Source: Octopus sinensis (taxonomy: Eukaryota). From it: a DNA stretch of 64,000 bases. Under the pieces are notes generated by a model that was given only the letters and a program-made list of their open reading frames with translations, was not told the DNA's origin and ran no database searches. Of this stretch, positions 12,105 through 25,450 are shown in pieces (position 1 is the first letter of the stretch; each line of letters starts with the position of its first letter). The stretch covers positions 14,260,001-14,324,000 of the forward strand of contig NC_043004.1 in assembly GCF_006345805.1 (NCBI RefSeq). The letters run 5' to 3'. The translations under genes and the position numbers were made by a program.

Positions 12105-12615
12105 TAAATATATGCATATATACATGCATATATGTACATACCTACATTTATATGTATATATACATGCATATATGGGTGCAGGACATAAAAATAACGTTGA
12201 ACTCAATGTGAATTGAAAACATAAATACAAAATCATGAAAACGACCGTTTTTTCAAACAACGAAAATGCAGATTACAAGACATACGACACAAGGAATATT
12301 GCCTTTCTTCAGTTGTCCCTATTTCACCTACTCCACATTACGAAGGTAAGGACAAGACGCGACTTCGTTGAAACGGTCTTTCCCGCAAAGCAAATTAAAT
12401 AAAAGTTGGGATTTTTTGCGAGGGGTTTAAGTTGTATGTCTTGTACTCTGTTTTTTCGTTGTTTGAAAAAAAGTTCATTTCCATGTTTTTGTTTTTATGT
12501 TTTCGTTTCTCATTGTGTTCAACGTTTTTTTGATGTCCTGTACCCATATATGCACGTATATATACATATAGATGTAGGTATGTACATATATGTATATATA
12601 TATGCATATATTTAT
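12105..12615. repeat. Fold-back F3: diverged inverted arms (about 12105-12290 / 12430-12615) flanked by TA/TG tracts
   Basis: gggtgcaggacat...tacaagacatac versus gtatgtcttgta...atgtcctgtaccc. Confidence 0.75.
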
Positions 12616-12688
12616 ATTATTATATGATCGAACGCCACGCATCCTTTTCCAAGTAAGTTTTATCTATATATGTATGTATATGTATATA

Positions 12689-12738
<50 letters not shown>

Positions 12739-12745
12739 TATATAT

Positions 12746-12945
12746 AACGGGAAATTTTACGAAAATAACAAAAGACGAAGGCAGGTGGAGTACAAACAAA
12801 CAAATGTATTAGTATAGCGCTCAGGAATAGAAATAGAAAAAAGTCTTTTACGTTTCGAGCCTACGCTCTTCGACAGAAAGATACACAGGAAAATCAAGGA
12901 GAGAAACAAGGAGAGAAAAAATGCGTGTAGAAGCTAACGATCAAT
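12746..12945 (-). mobile_element. PLE 3'-tail (family H1) with hammerhead-like motif at 12844-12881
   Basis: UCUUU-CUGUCGA-A-GAGC-GUAG-GCUC-GAAAC-GUA^AAAGA; 3' end abuts (TA)n. Confidence 0.75.
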
Positions 12946-13059
12946 GCATATAAATAAATACATAGAGATAATATTAATATAGATATTACAGGCACAAATA
13001 TATTCATACACACACAGACACACGCACGTACACACACACATGCATGCATATATTTATAC

Positions 13060-13400
13060 AGACGAGGGTCGGCTGAGAATTTCAAAGGCTGACCAAGCTA
13101 CTTTCATAGAATGTGACAAGATGAGGTATATTTTTTAACACAGTCCCCTTTACGGTTAATGCACTTCTTCCAGTTGCATGATGTCATCTTCAAGAATCTG
13201 CCTTCCCTACTAAATTCAGTTGACCGAGCTTGCATTGTTGATAAAGCCGGGAGCAACATCCCCTAATGTAGCAACTATGCCAGCATGGCTGTCCTTGGGG
13301 GCACGTACTTGATAACACCACGATGCCAAATTCTGTCCATTTTCATGTTAAGTCACTATTAGTTGGTTTTGAAGTATTTCTTGAATATTGAGATGTCGGT
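13060..13400 (-). mobile_element. Internally deleted mariner remnant
   Basis: TIR-like acgagggtcggctgagaatttcaaaggctgac; minus-strand N-terminus (MDRIWHRGVIKY..VATLGDVAP..EFSRGRQILEDD) joined to C-terminus (WKKCINRKGDCVKK). Confidence 0.6.
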
Positions 13401-13470
13401 TTACCCGGAACAAAATAATGCATTTATTAATAAGTGGTGCTGAAATAAATGTATGCAAGATTTCACAGAG

Positions 13471-13940
13471 AATGAAAGCCAAGGTCAGCGAGGCGTATCA
13501 AAAAAGGGTTGAAGATGGTGTTGAAATCCAAACTTAATGCCAGAAATTTAATTGCCGCAATGACTACCTGGGTAGTTGCGGTGGTCAGATATAGTGCGTC
13601 AATCCTCAAATGAACTAAAGAGGAAATATCAACACTGGATAGAAGAACGAGAAAGTTGCTGACGCTGCATGGAGCGCTACACCCTAAAGCAAACGTAAAC
13701 TGACTGTATATGGAAAAAAAAAGAACTATGGCAGAGGACTAAATAGTATAGACCATTATATAAGGAGTCAACCGCTTGCCGAGTATTTGATAAATAGTGA
13801 TGAAGACCTGCAGCAATATGCCGCAAAATATATGGGTGTAATGATGAGCAAGGAAGAGTTTAACCAAAGAGAAAAGAAGACCTTCGTCAAATGAGAAAGC
13901 AAGGAGCTCTAAGAAAAGCCAGTAATGAGAGATAGATAAT
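13471..13940 (+). mobile_element. Dong/R4-type RLE LINE fragment (RT thumb region), degenerate
   Basis: LKSKLNARNLIAAMTTWVVAVVRYSASILK.TKEEISTLDRRTRKLLTLHGALHPKANV; homologous to 49920-50200. Confidence 0.75.
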
Positions 13941-13961
13941 GACGAGGCACTAGCGTAATAT

Positions 13962-14586
13962 TTGAGAGTATATAGAAATTCACCAGCAGAATTAATGTTC
14001 GCGCGCAAAATAAAATCGATGTTCGATAGATTATTGCCAAAAAAAAATATATATAAAGGAAAAACAAAAAATACATTTGAAGGAAATACCGGAAATATTA
14101 CAAAACATTTCGAAGTAGGAGATAAAGTTCACTTAAAAAATTACAAAATGTTAAGAAGGAAGGTTGAGAAGATATCTGTGTAATCAAAGGGTGAGTTAAC
14201 ACGGTGTATTTAATTAAAGGACAATTTTCGGAACATCAGAGACACTTTAACCATTTAAATATGAGACATAAAGAAGAAAGAAGAGAAACACCAATGGAAG
14301 TCTTCAATGATATGTTTGAAGTGCCAGCACCGAAAGATATTGATTCCCGTCGAACTAGCTTCAGAAAACGTAAATAAACTGAATATCTGGAAGTAATAAT
14401 ACCTAAACGAAGAAATACAACGAACAGAAAAAGTGTTGTGCGCAACGAACAATACTGCCTTAAAAAGCCAAGCAACAATTAAGATACAACATGTAAAAGA
14501 AAACTAGCAGAGGTACTAGAAAGGAAAACAATAAAAAAAAAAGAAATTCCACTTTCTCACAGTAGTCGAAATCTCAGAAGGGGAAA
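13962..14586 (+). mobile_element. Gypsy-like LTR retrotransposon 3' remnant (integrase C-terminus plus polypurine tract)
   Basis: YRNSPAELMFARKIKSMFDRLLP...FEVGDKVHLKNY; PPT AGAAGGGGAAA at 14576-14586. Confidence 0.6.
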
Positions 14587-14835
14587 TGTGGTGATGAGAG
14601 TTACGACGACGCCTTGCAAGAGATAGACTGGTCCGAGTAAAGTAGAAATAGTAACATTCCCAGTGATTCCGAGGTTCAGAGTTCGGAGTCGAGTGATATC
14701 CATGTTATTTCACGGTAAAGTCGGAAGGTGTCGGTTGGTTAGATCACAAGGAATATTGTTTGTTGGTGTGTAAATCGATCTGTTACTCATGCCTGGTTAT
14801 CTTATTTATTGTACGTAACAAATTACACTACAACA
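14587..14835 (+). repeat. Putative 3' LTR (TG...CA)
   Basis: Starts TGTGGTG directly after the PPT and ends ACTACAACA. Confidence 0.55.
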
Positions 14836-14984
14836 GTTAGACATGGTTTACCTCATTGGCACGGGCAGAATAATCCAAACTGTATTAGATAAGAACTTGT
14901 GATAAAAAGAAATAATAATAAGAGGAAGAATAAAACTACAACAACAACAATAATAATAATGATAACAATAATAATGGTTTCAAA

Positions 14985-15116
14985 TTTTGCCATAACGGAA
15001 GTCATCTTGGGGGAGGGGACTAGTCGATTACATCGACCCCAGTACGCTACTGGTACTTAATTTATCGACCCCAAAAGGATAAAAGGCAAAGTCGACCGCA
15101 CCGGAATTTGAACACA
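14985..15116 (-). mobile_element. SINE family A fragment
   Basis: Reverse complement of gttcaaattccggtgcggtcgactttgcc...gtcgataaattaagtacc. Confidence 0.75.
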
Positions 15117-17069
15117 GACTAATAATAACAATAACAATAATAAAAACAATAATGATGATAATGATGATAATAATAACAATAATAATAATAATATTTATAA
15201 TTGCATGGGAATTCATCATTATATTGCATTGCGGCATTCCAGAGGTACGACCTTCAACGATTTTTATTTCATTATATCAACACCGGTAGTTTCTCTGGTA
15301 ATTATTAGCCGAATAGTAAAGTCGACAAGGCGTAAAGTGACGTAATCAAGAATGGATGGAAATAACAGAATCTATTTGTTGTTTTTTTTTTTTTTCACTC
15401 ATTGAATATGGGAGCCTACTCGCCAATACAGAAGCACACATGTCCACACATATCGCAAATATAACATACATCATTGCTTTTTAGAACATATAATAATTGA
15501 TTATTTTTTTCCCCACTTGATATAAATATCACAACGATAAATTTCGAAACTAATTTTCTAAACGTGTCGTTCTGTTATGATCAAATAAATAATCAATAAA
15601 CTGATTCAGAAAGCTGATAAATTAATGGCTGTGAACAAAAAAGACAAAAATCTCTAATGTCTTGTTAACCCTCTACATTTCCTGGCCGATAGAGAAAATT
15701 ATTGAATAAAAATTATTTCTCCTTCTTTTGACTGTAACATACATACATACATACATACATACATAAAGGCATACATACATATATATAATACATACAAAGA
15801 TGAACACACATCCATACACAAGTGAACATATATTTGTGTGCGGTTATGTGTATGTGTGCCTGTGTGTGAGTGTATATGTGTGTGAATGCGTGTGTGCGCC
15901 TTTCTTTTCCTCTGTGTATACATATGTATATGACTCAGTATGCATGCACGAACGCACGCGCGCGCACACACACACACAGTCACACATAGAAATACACACA
16001 CACACATATACATATATTTATAGAGAGAGAGAGACACATACAATTATATGTGTATATACATACGCACACAGAAAATGAGAATGACGACGAATGAAAATAA
16101 ACACGCGTGTGTGAACGCTTGTGTATATATATGTATGTGTATGTGTGTTCGGGTGTGTGTGTACTTGTGTGGAACAAGTTTTCCTTGATCTTTTAATTCG
16201 TCCAGGAACTTTGATTAGTATCAATTACGAAATATATAACTGTTATCTTGTGTTCGAAGTTCAAATGTCATTTCTCGGAGTTCCTACACTTTCATGTTTA
16301 CTAATTCTAATTATGAGCCTACTCTGTTAATTTCTTAACCTTCTGTTCCTAACACTATCCTATTAGCACCTAACAACAGCGTTAGATTTTAATAGAATCT
16401 TTTTACTATGTGAACTGGTTTGTATTTAGCTTGCTTTCTTTTCTATTGGCGAAATAACGGAGTATATTATCTGCATCGTCAGTTGCTTAAGTATTAAACG
16501 AATAAGAAGCAACACTTCGCTTTTAATGAGTATTAGAAGCCCTGAATTTTCTGCCATTCTTGTTTCAATACGAATATAGGTCTATATTATTTCTTTATTC
16601 CATCAAACCCAGAAGTATGATAAACCGATCTTGACAGTGTTTGAGGTTAGAATGTTTAGGAACGAAAGTAAATAAGACAAGTATTTTATCAAAGACTTTA
16701 TCGATTCTACCAATCCAATACTCAATCTGCGTGCCTGTAGAAAACGTCATTGCCTGAGACTTGGTATTAATTTGCGTCCTGAGATAAGAGCATTTGATAT
16801 CACTGTGTACTGAGACAAACCTGGTTTCGTATGCAGTTGAGATAAGCTTTTATGCACTTCACATGGTTGAGGTACAAGCTAAAATGCTGAACTGAGTCTC
16901 GCTCATGGGCTTCCGATTTTATATTTCTTCTACATTCTTCCAATATCAGCAAATATCATGCAAAGTACGATATTTATGACAGATTCCAGGATATATTTTT
17001 CTCAAATCAAAGTTAGTGTCTTCGATGAAAGGGAATGAAGGATTTTGAAAATTGATATTATTAGAATTT

Positions 17070-17290
17070 TAAGAGCGGTGAGCTGGCAGATTGGTTACCG
17101 TCCCGGACAAAATGCTTAGCAACATTTCGGCTGTCTTTACATTTTGAGTTCAAATTCCGCCGACATCGATTTTCTCTTTCTTTCGGAGTTGGTAAAATAA
17201 GTACCGGTCAATTATTGGGCTCCATGTAATCGACTTACACTCTCGCTCGAAATTGCTGTCCGTGTTCCATGTGCCAAAATGTGAAGCCCA
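17070..17290 (+). mobile_element. SINE family A, alternative (A2) tail
   Basis: A-box-like GGAGCTGGCAGA, B-box GAGTTCAAATTCC, tail gaaattgctg...gtgccaaaatgtgaa. Confidence 0.7.
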
Positions 17291-17663
17291 CATTCTTGGA
17301 ATTTAAGGGATATGCCTTGAAAATGTATTGATGCACTGGCTCTAATCCATTCACGAGACTGTAAAACGTTGTTAGAAGATTCGAAAAGATGTTTGAAATT
17401 TTTAACCTATTCATTAAATTGTTTCAGCTTTAAAACTGCGATCATGCTGGAGCACATTTGCATTTGCTCAGTCGAGATGAATATACAGTTCATAAGGCCT
17501 TTGGACTTCGCAGCTTTTCCTCAATGAGACTTGATAGATGCCATTAATGTACCTCTTGAAGACTTGCAAAAGAAACCTACCGGAAAGACTCAAGTAGAAA
17601 GGTAGCTTCAAAGGAAAGGATGCTTGGGCTGAGATTGGATATATTAAGAAAGAGGAGATATAA

Positions 17664-18080
17664 TAAGGTGGCGAGCTGGTAGAAACGTTAGCACACCGGG
17701 CGAAATGCTTAGCGGTATTTCGTCTGCTGTTACGTTCTGAGTTCAAATTCCGCTGAGGTCGACTTTGCCTTTCATCTTTTCAGAGTCGATTAAATAAGTA
17801 CCAGTTACGCACTAGGGTCGATATAATCGACTTAATCCGTTTGTATGTCCTTGTTTGTCCCCTCTGTGTTTAGCCCCTTGTCGGTAGTAAAGAAATAGGT
17901 ATTACGTCAGCTGTTACGTTCTGAGTTCAAATTCTGCCGAGGTCGACTTTGCCTTTTATCCTTTAGGGGTCGATTAAATAAGTACCATTTACGCATGGGG
18001 TACATATAATCGACTTAATCCGTTTGTCTGTCCTTGTTTGTTCCTTCTATGTTTAGCCCCTTGTAGGCAATAAAGAAAAT
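17664..18080 (+). mobile_element. SINE family A dimer: full unit 17664-17897 plus headless unit 17898-18080, both with Tx1-like tail
   Basis: Two tandem copies of gttctgagttcaaattc...gtttagcccc...taaagaaa. Confidence 0.85.
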
Positions 18081-18727
18081 AAGGAAGAGGAGAGTACGAA
18101 TGTTTTACCTAAATATTGCACACATATTCTTTAACGGTAAAATAGTTTCGGTATTCTTAATGTTTGGATGCATGCAATTCATTCGAAAATGACTTGCCAG
18201 TACCGTGTGTAAACATGCAGCCAATAGTGTTTTTTGTTTCTTTTGTTTATTACAGGTAGCATTTTTTTACTTGTACGGTTTAATGATTGTCGTAAAAACG
18301 TAATGGAAGATGACAGTTTCGTAAAAAATATTCTTATATTATTACATCATGGGTGCAGGAAAAGCATTGCAGCTACGTAGGTTCAAGTTTAGTCCTACTA
18401 CAGAGTTGCATTTTCGACAGGCGTCTTCTACTGTAACATTGCGTCGACCAAAGTTTTGTGAATGAATTTGGTACGTGAAAACTACGCAATGTCATCGTGC
18501 ACACGCACACACACACACATACACACGCGCGCGCACACATATATGCATGTATTGTTTGCATTTTATAATGGAAACAGTTTTACATTAACCTGAAGGATTA
18601 CTCAAGGTATTTGACAGAATATAAATTTATTATTTTTTAACAATAATAGTATTGAGAGTGATTTCGAAGATAAAATCAGCTGAGCCATCAACAGATTGTC
18701 ATATCTGATACACACACATATACACAC

Positions 18728-18769
<42 letters not shown>

Positions 18770-18980
18770 GAGGGTAGAAATTGATATTAATCAATTAAAA
18801 CCACTGGCTTAGCATATCTAAAAAATCTGAAGATTAAAAATTATATTACACACAAATTATGAGGAATGACCACCAAAGTGGATTCCTAATATTCTAAAGA
18901 TAGACGTCAAATTGCCTTGCCACGTCTATCTCTAGCATATTAGGAATCCACTTTGGTGGTCATTCTTCTTAATTTGTATA
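18770..18980. repeat. Repeat family K copy ending in hairpin F4 (arms 18849-18907 / 18922-18980, 14-nt loop)
   Basis: Near-perfect palindrome; same family at 59410-59575 and about 63515-63600. Confidence 0.85.
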
Positions 18981-18990
18981 TACATATATA

Positions 18991-19030
<40 letters not shown>

Positions 19031-19733
19031 CGGGAGAGAGACTGACAGACAGAAAGATTGCCGCAGCATCTGGTAAAAGCTTGACAAAAATAATCAGTGC
19101 AATTTTCATCGTCAGATGCAGAGAAACTGAACACAGACAGCAAGCCAGCAGACCAACGTTTCCCCAACACCGCCTCTTCACCACTCGCGACTCGTGATTA
19201 ATTTAGCAAAGATAGAAAAGTTTAAATTGACCTGAGCTGAGCTGAAATGGATTTGAAATTGGAGCATAAAGAGCTGATAAGAACTCTGCAAGTCGTTATC
19301 TTCGAAGCTCTAACAGCTCCGCCTATTGACCCGGTTGGATCTTTCGATTAAAAACCTTTGTTCTACACTATTTCTTTATACAGGAGGAAATCATACAAAA
19401 TTAAATGTGTAAAACCTAGCAATTATTGGAATCCTCTAAGCAATTTATATGATTCCTGGTCGCTTTTACAAGTTTTTCCGTTTATTTTGTTACCGTTTGT
19501 TTGAAATTAAGAAAATATATTCAGAATATATAACATCAGTAAATTACATTGAAACTCCAGTGAAATTAAGAACCTCGTTATTTGATGGCTCCCTTGATCT
19601 AGATATTTATAACAGACATATGAAAGTAATGCGGGTGAGGGTGAGTTGGTTGTACTTCTATAAGGGGGTTTGTTGAAACATTCTCTATTTCTCTGTGTAC
19701 ATGTAAACACACGCTACACACACACACACGCAC

Positions 19734-19811
<78 letters not shown>

Positions 19812-20399
19812 GATGTATGATATATACGTGTATGCGCGGGCTTATCTAGCTGAACCAGACAGTCAGAAACAATAAAAACAATACATTATTATATACATTT
19901 ACACACACACGCACGCATACACACACGTACACATGCACACACTCACGCACATGTTCTCACACACACAAACATACATACATACATATATAAGTGTGTGTGT
20001 ATGTATGTATACACATATACATGCATGCATACATACATACATACATGGACACACACACACACACAGATATATATATAAGGATCTAATTACAGACCAAATC
20101 CTGTTGATTTACTATTCCTTTGATTTCTTCTTCTTTTTCTTCTTCATCTTCTTCTTCTTCTGCTTCTTCTATTATTTTCTTAACGTTTTATAGCTTTCTC
20201 ATTCCAGGGCGGTATATAGATATTACTGATTTAATGATTTTATTTTAGTTTTCCATTATTTATTTTCCCCATCCCCACCCCCGAATTGCTATACATAAAA
20301 TTCGCTTTTGAAACATTTTAACTTCGTATCTATGTTACATCCCAGGAGGAAAATTCCAAATATTGTTCTCGATTTGTAAACTATATATACATACATATA

Positions 20400-20446
<47 letters not shown>

Positions 20447-20502
20447 ATATAATATATATATATATACATAAATACATATATATATATACATATATATATA
20501 TT

Positions 20503-20731
20503 TCTTTACTACCCACAAGGGGCTAAACGTAGAGGGGACAAACAGAGACAGACAAAGGGATTAAGTCGATTATATCGACCTCAGTACGCAACTGGTACTT
20601 TATTTATCGTCCCCGAAAGGGATGAAAGGCAAAGTCGACCTCGGCGTAATTTGAACTCAGAATGTAACGACAGACGAAATACCGCTAAGCGTTTCGCCCG
20701 GCGCGCTAACGTTTCTGCCACCTCGCCGCCT
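20503..20731 (-). mobile_element. Full-length SINE family A with Tx1-like tail
   Basis: Complete head, body and tail on the minus strand between (TA)n tracts. Confidence 0.85.
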
Positions 20732-20736
20732 TTAAT

Positions 20737-20773
<37 letters not shown>

Positions 20774-20925
20774 TCGCATAATCACCGAACATGGAGTTTA
20801 ACTACGCTCTATCTATAGCAGTTATTCAGCATTACCTGATATCGTTGGGTCTAAATGATACCATTATCCTTTCATAACCTCTCTCTCCCTTCCTCCCCCC
20901 CTCTCTCCCCCCCTCTCTCTCTCTG

Positions 20926-20974
<49 letters not shown>

Positions 20975-21222
20975 TTTTATTCTTTTACATGTTTCAATCA
21001 TTTGACTGCGACCACGCTGGAGGACCACCCTTTAATCGAACAAATCGACCCCAAGACTTATTCTTTGTAAGCCTAGTACTTATTCTATTGTTCATTTTTT
21101 TGCCGAACCACTGAGAACCACTAAGTAAACACACCAATAACGGCTGTCGAGCGATGGTGGAGGGGGACAAACACAGACACACAAACATGCACACACACAA
21201 ACACGCAGATACATACACACAC

Positions 21223-21269
<47 letters not shown>

Positions 21270-21415
21270 ATATACACGACGGGCTTCTTTCAGTTTCCGT
21301 CCATCAAATCCACTTACAAGACTTAAGTCAGCCCGAGGCTACAGTAGAAGGCACTTGCCCAAGATGGCACGCTGTAGGACTGTACCAGGGCCCATGTGGT
21401 CGGTAAGCAAGCTAC
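20975..21415 (-). mobile_element. Complete bipartite SINE family B with internal (TA)n(TG)n
   Basis: Head 21415-21277, microsatellite, 3' half about 21190-20975. Confidence 0.8.
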
Positions 21416-21769
21416 TTTATTTCATAAAAAGTGTCATATAGACAGTACAAAGATTGTGTAGCTTTGCGGGCTGGACAAACACATTAATGAATGAAAATGA
21501 AATAAAATGAATAAATGAGAGACGAAACTCAACACCCGCCGATTGGATTTTTCTCGAAAACATAGTTTCTTTCTTATAAATATCAATATGAGGTTTCAAA
21601 CCTCTTACAAGAAGGAAGCACTAAAACCTCTTACGTAACATGTTTTGTTTTTTAAACACACAATTGAGGTTATAAACCACTACAAATAATACAATAAGAT
21701 GAGCTTTCAAACCCTCTAACGAGGCTTTTTCACCTCCTCCTCGTTGATATATCCATCGATATATTCATC

Positions 21770-22270
21770 ATTATCTTCAATGCCACTTGAGTTCCTGTAT
21801 CCCGTCCATTTCCCATGCCTCACTCATGTAGGACACGTAAGTCGTGTAAGGGACACCCGGCCATATGCGACACTCCTCCCCAAATCCTTTAAGCCTTTCC
21901 CACAAGGGAAACCTTATGACCGCCACAGCTATCTGCGGAGGCCATTCGGGATCCCGTGTGAAAGGCATATCTACTGTCTCTTTATGTTCTTCTACTACTT
22001 TTTCCACTCCCGCCCTTGTAGAAAAAGATAATTAATTGATTATCTTTAAGGGTGGGGGGTCGTTTCTTCCAGCGTGGGTGGTACAACTTCGGGACATGCA
22101 TACAGCACATCACCCCCACCCCCGGGAAATGACCTATTCTTCTTTCTTTTTTTCATTTCTTCCTGACTTCGGGAGAGTGGAGCTCTTCCGCTTTGTCCGG
22201 AGGCTCTCACCCACCTACCGAAGCCTTAGGGTCCTTCGGCAGGCAACTATTGTTGCCCGCCTTCTTCCTT
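21770..22270 (-). mobile_element. Possible degenerate LINE (L1/Tx1-like) C-terminal fragment
   Basis: GC-richer island; GAGACAGTAGAT-ATGCCTTT reads ETVD(H)AF if a 1-nt deletion is restored, resembling the zf-RVT motif. Confidence 0.3.
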
Positions 22271-22314
22271 TTTAATCCTTTTTGGGTTGCGGAGGCCTCA
22301 ATTTAGAACATCAA

Positions 22315-22397
<83 letters not shown>

Positions 22398-22462
22398 GTT
22401 ATTATTATTATTATTATTATTGTTACTATTATTATTATTATTGTTATTATTATTATTATTCA
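22315..22462. repeat. (TAT)n microsatellite
   Basis: Direct inspection. Confidence 0.95.
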
Positions 22463-24298
22463 TTGTACATAAAAGCATATGACTTCATAAAAAGCACGGC
22501 TTGAAGTTGTACACCATCACATATAGTCCCGCTGAAACTAGAAGCGATGTCTCCTTATTCTGGCCTCTTTTGACCTTTCTACTGCTATAATGATTTCTTT
22601 ATTATTCATTAATAACAATAAAGGCCTCTGTTCGAAGGAGCTTCCGAGCCCCCCCCCCCCCGCACCACTAGTCTGGCACTACTGCCTTATTTTCTCTCAC
22701 CTTCTCATGTCATTTAATATTGGTCTCCAATGCCATGATTCACGTTAATCTCTACATGGTATTGACAGGAGATCGATGAATGCAGGGTGCACAGCCACTT
22801 TCTTAAGACCAAATCAATAAAATAAATACAAGATGGAGGCGAGATGTCATACTGTTGTATTGTTTTTTGTTGTTCGTAGATATTTTTACGAGTAATATGT
22901 AGGCATATTTGTGTGATTACGAAAGTTTCTTCCAACCTTCGGATGTTGGGACCGGCCCACCAACACAGCAATTTGAGCAAGTAGTTTTTGCCATAGCCGT
23001 GGACTTTCTTATGTATTGAGAGTGAATTTGGAGGAGAGAGTTTGTTGTCTGTACGTGTGTGCATGTGTGTGTGCATGTGTGTGTGCATGTGTGTGTATAT
23101 GCGTGTGCGTGCGCGCGCGCACGTATGTATTGTGCTTGCCTTTCACCACTTGAAAAGAAATGCAGATTTGTTTAGGTTCCCGTGTGACAGCGGTTAAGTA
23201 AAGAGAGAGAGAGAGAGAGAGAGAGAGCGATAGAATAATCAAAATATCTATTGGACCTGCTTTTGATCGACTAAACACTTATAGGCATTGTCCCAGCTTG
23301 GCCGCAGTTAAAAACGTGAAAGAATAATGGAATAAATGGCCATGAATGAAATATCATGTAAACAACCCTAACAGTTGAGTGGCAGTACTAATTGGTGCGT
23401 GTCATTATGAGCCGAACGAGCCTAACACTTGTTGATTGGTGGAACAACGAAAGATAACATGCAAATTTCCTTCAAAGCGCAAAAAGACGTTTTACCACAT
23501 GAGCAGCATAGCCCTTCATAAATAGAAAAAGGGAATGGTTATAGCAAACACAATTCGCTCATGGGTTGGCTTAATCAGAATCGATCTCGGATTTGGCAAC
23601 ATCAAAAGCTTCAAAGAATTGAGGGACACGCGTAATGCAACGAGCTGGGAGTTGGGAAAATGATGACTTGTGGTATACCTCCCAGCGTTTTGTGTTTTGA
23701 CTTCACATTATTCAGCGCACAACTTGCCATTTTCCTTTTTGCCTCGGGGTTGCTAAAATAACGTATGAGCTAAGTTCTACCCTGATGGTTTCGAATAATA
23801 CCCTCCCATCATAATTGCAGGCCTTGTGGCTAAAACAGCGGATTAGACCTACGTGAAGCCTACTGAAATATTGGTTCGAGTCATTCAAGTGTAGGTTACT
23901 ATATCGCTGCTCAAATTACTGGAAATGGCAGCCAAATTCTGGTATAACCACATATTAACCTCTAAAAAGGTGAAGAAAATTATTGTGTACGGTAAAACAG
24001 GAAGTTTATTCATTGAATATGTTGAACTTCGGACTGCTTGACTAAAATGCAACAACGATTGCAAGGCTTTGATACGATCAGTATAATACTGTACTTCGTC
24101 TGATAGCGCATCACTCACATTTTTATCATGCGCAAGTGGGCTCACAAAGTAAGTTCTAGAAGATCACATGACACTCCAGAAAATAAATGAAATCTGTCTC
24201 AAATCCTAAATTATCTTTTATCTCCCTCCCACTGACCTACTGGATAACGTAAGTGTTGAGACATCTATGTATTTATTTCTCTCCCTCTTTCTCCCTTT

Positions 24299-24391
<93 letters not shown>

Positions 24392-24430
24392 CACTCTCTT
24401 CACTTTCATTATATATATATATATTATATA

Positions 24431-24474
<44 letters not shown>

Positions 24475-24475
24475 T

Positions 24476-24508
24476 TTGAAAAAGTCTCAATGACTGAAAC
24501 CGGTACTG
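24476..24508 (+). ncRNA. Hammerhead-like motif, U3-A8 family, 5'-truncated at (TA)n
   Basis: UUGAAAA-AGUC-UCAAU-GACU-GAAAC-CG-GUA^CUG; downstream sequence matches 29170-29225. Confidence 0.6.
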
Positions 24509-24562
24509 AAATGTTTTTTATAAAATTATTCTAACATTTTCTATCTTGACTTTTTTTTCCAA

Positions 24563-24597
<35 letters not shown>

Positions 24598-24659
24598 TAG
24601 GGCACAAATTGATCGTGTTTATATATTTTTGATTAGAGTTGACCCGAGGCTAATGATAA

Positions 24660-24875
24660 CTATCCTTTCTACAATAGGGACAAAACCTGCAATTTTGATA
24701 AAAATGGGGTTAAATGATTAAATTCATCCTAGTGCACAACTGGAACTTCTTTCATCGACCCCGAGGGATGAAAGACAAAATCGACCTCGGTGGAGGTCAG
24801 AACGTAAAACAGGGGGAATACCGCTAAGCATCTTTCTTGGCGTGCTATCGATTCTGTCAGGTCGCAGCCTTACGT
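24660..24875 (-). mobile_element. SINE family A, degenerate
   Basis: catcgaccccgagggatgaaagacaaaatcgacctcgg...accgctaagcat. Confidence 0.7.
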
Positions 24876-25450
24876 TAACTGATAATTTTAACAACAGTAT
24901 CTGTTTAGAAAAAAAAAACGACTTTATATCAGCTGAACGGCGTGGGTATTCGACGGTTACGGTTAACAAATAATGCCTTGCAAGAAATGTTTACCATCAA
25001 AATAAAATTTTAAAAACCCAGCTCATATACACATATACATGATTATATTAGCATATAGCTACAGCAGATTTTTCTGCTTTCTTTACGTATGTTCCCAGTA
25101 GAAGCGAATGTAAATTAACCGAATTTGGTACAAATTTATGACTTACAGTATTTATTTAGTTCTGTCGCAGCAGTAATGTTGTTTGGATTCCTGGCAATAA
25201 TTTATGCTAAATTCGCTCGCTTTAATGACTCAGTGGTAGGGCATAGAGGCGATGAGGAACGACAACATATAGTTTTTATTAGCAGTTGATGATGACATGT
25301 GTCAGCAAACTTAAAAGAGCGACCTATTAATTCACAATCATACATTATTTCTTAGTTTTCGGTTGCAATAGATGCCCAGACCGTTCTCGTAATTTGTACT
25401 TTCATTAGAGTATAAGTTTACATCTTACTTGATGTCATATAGATGAAACA

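Noticed and set aside
16700-16920. Possible LINE RT remnant
   Set aside because: Resemblance is vague and no diagnostic motif could be read.
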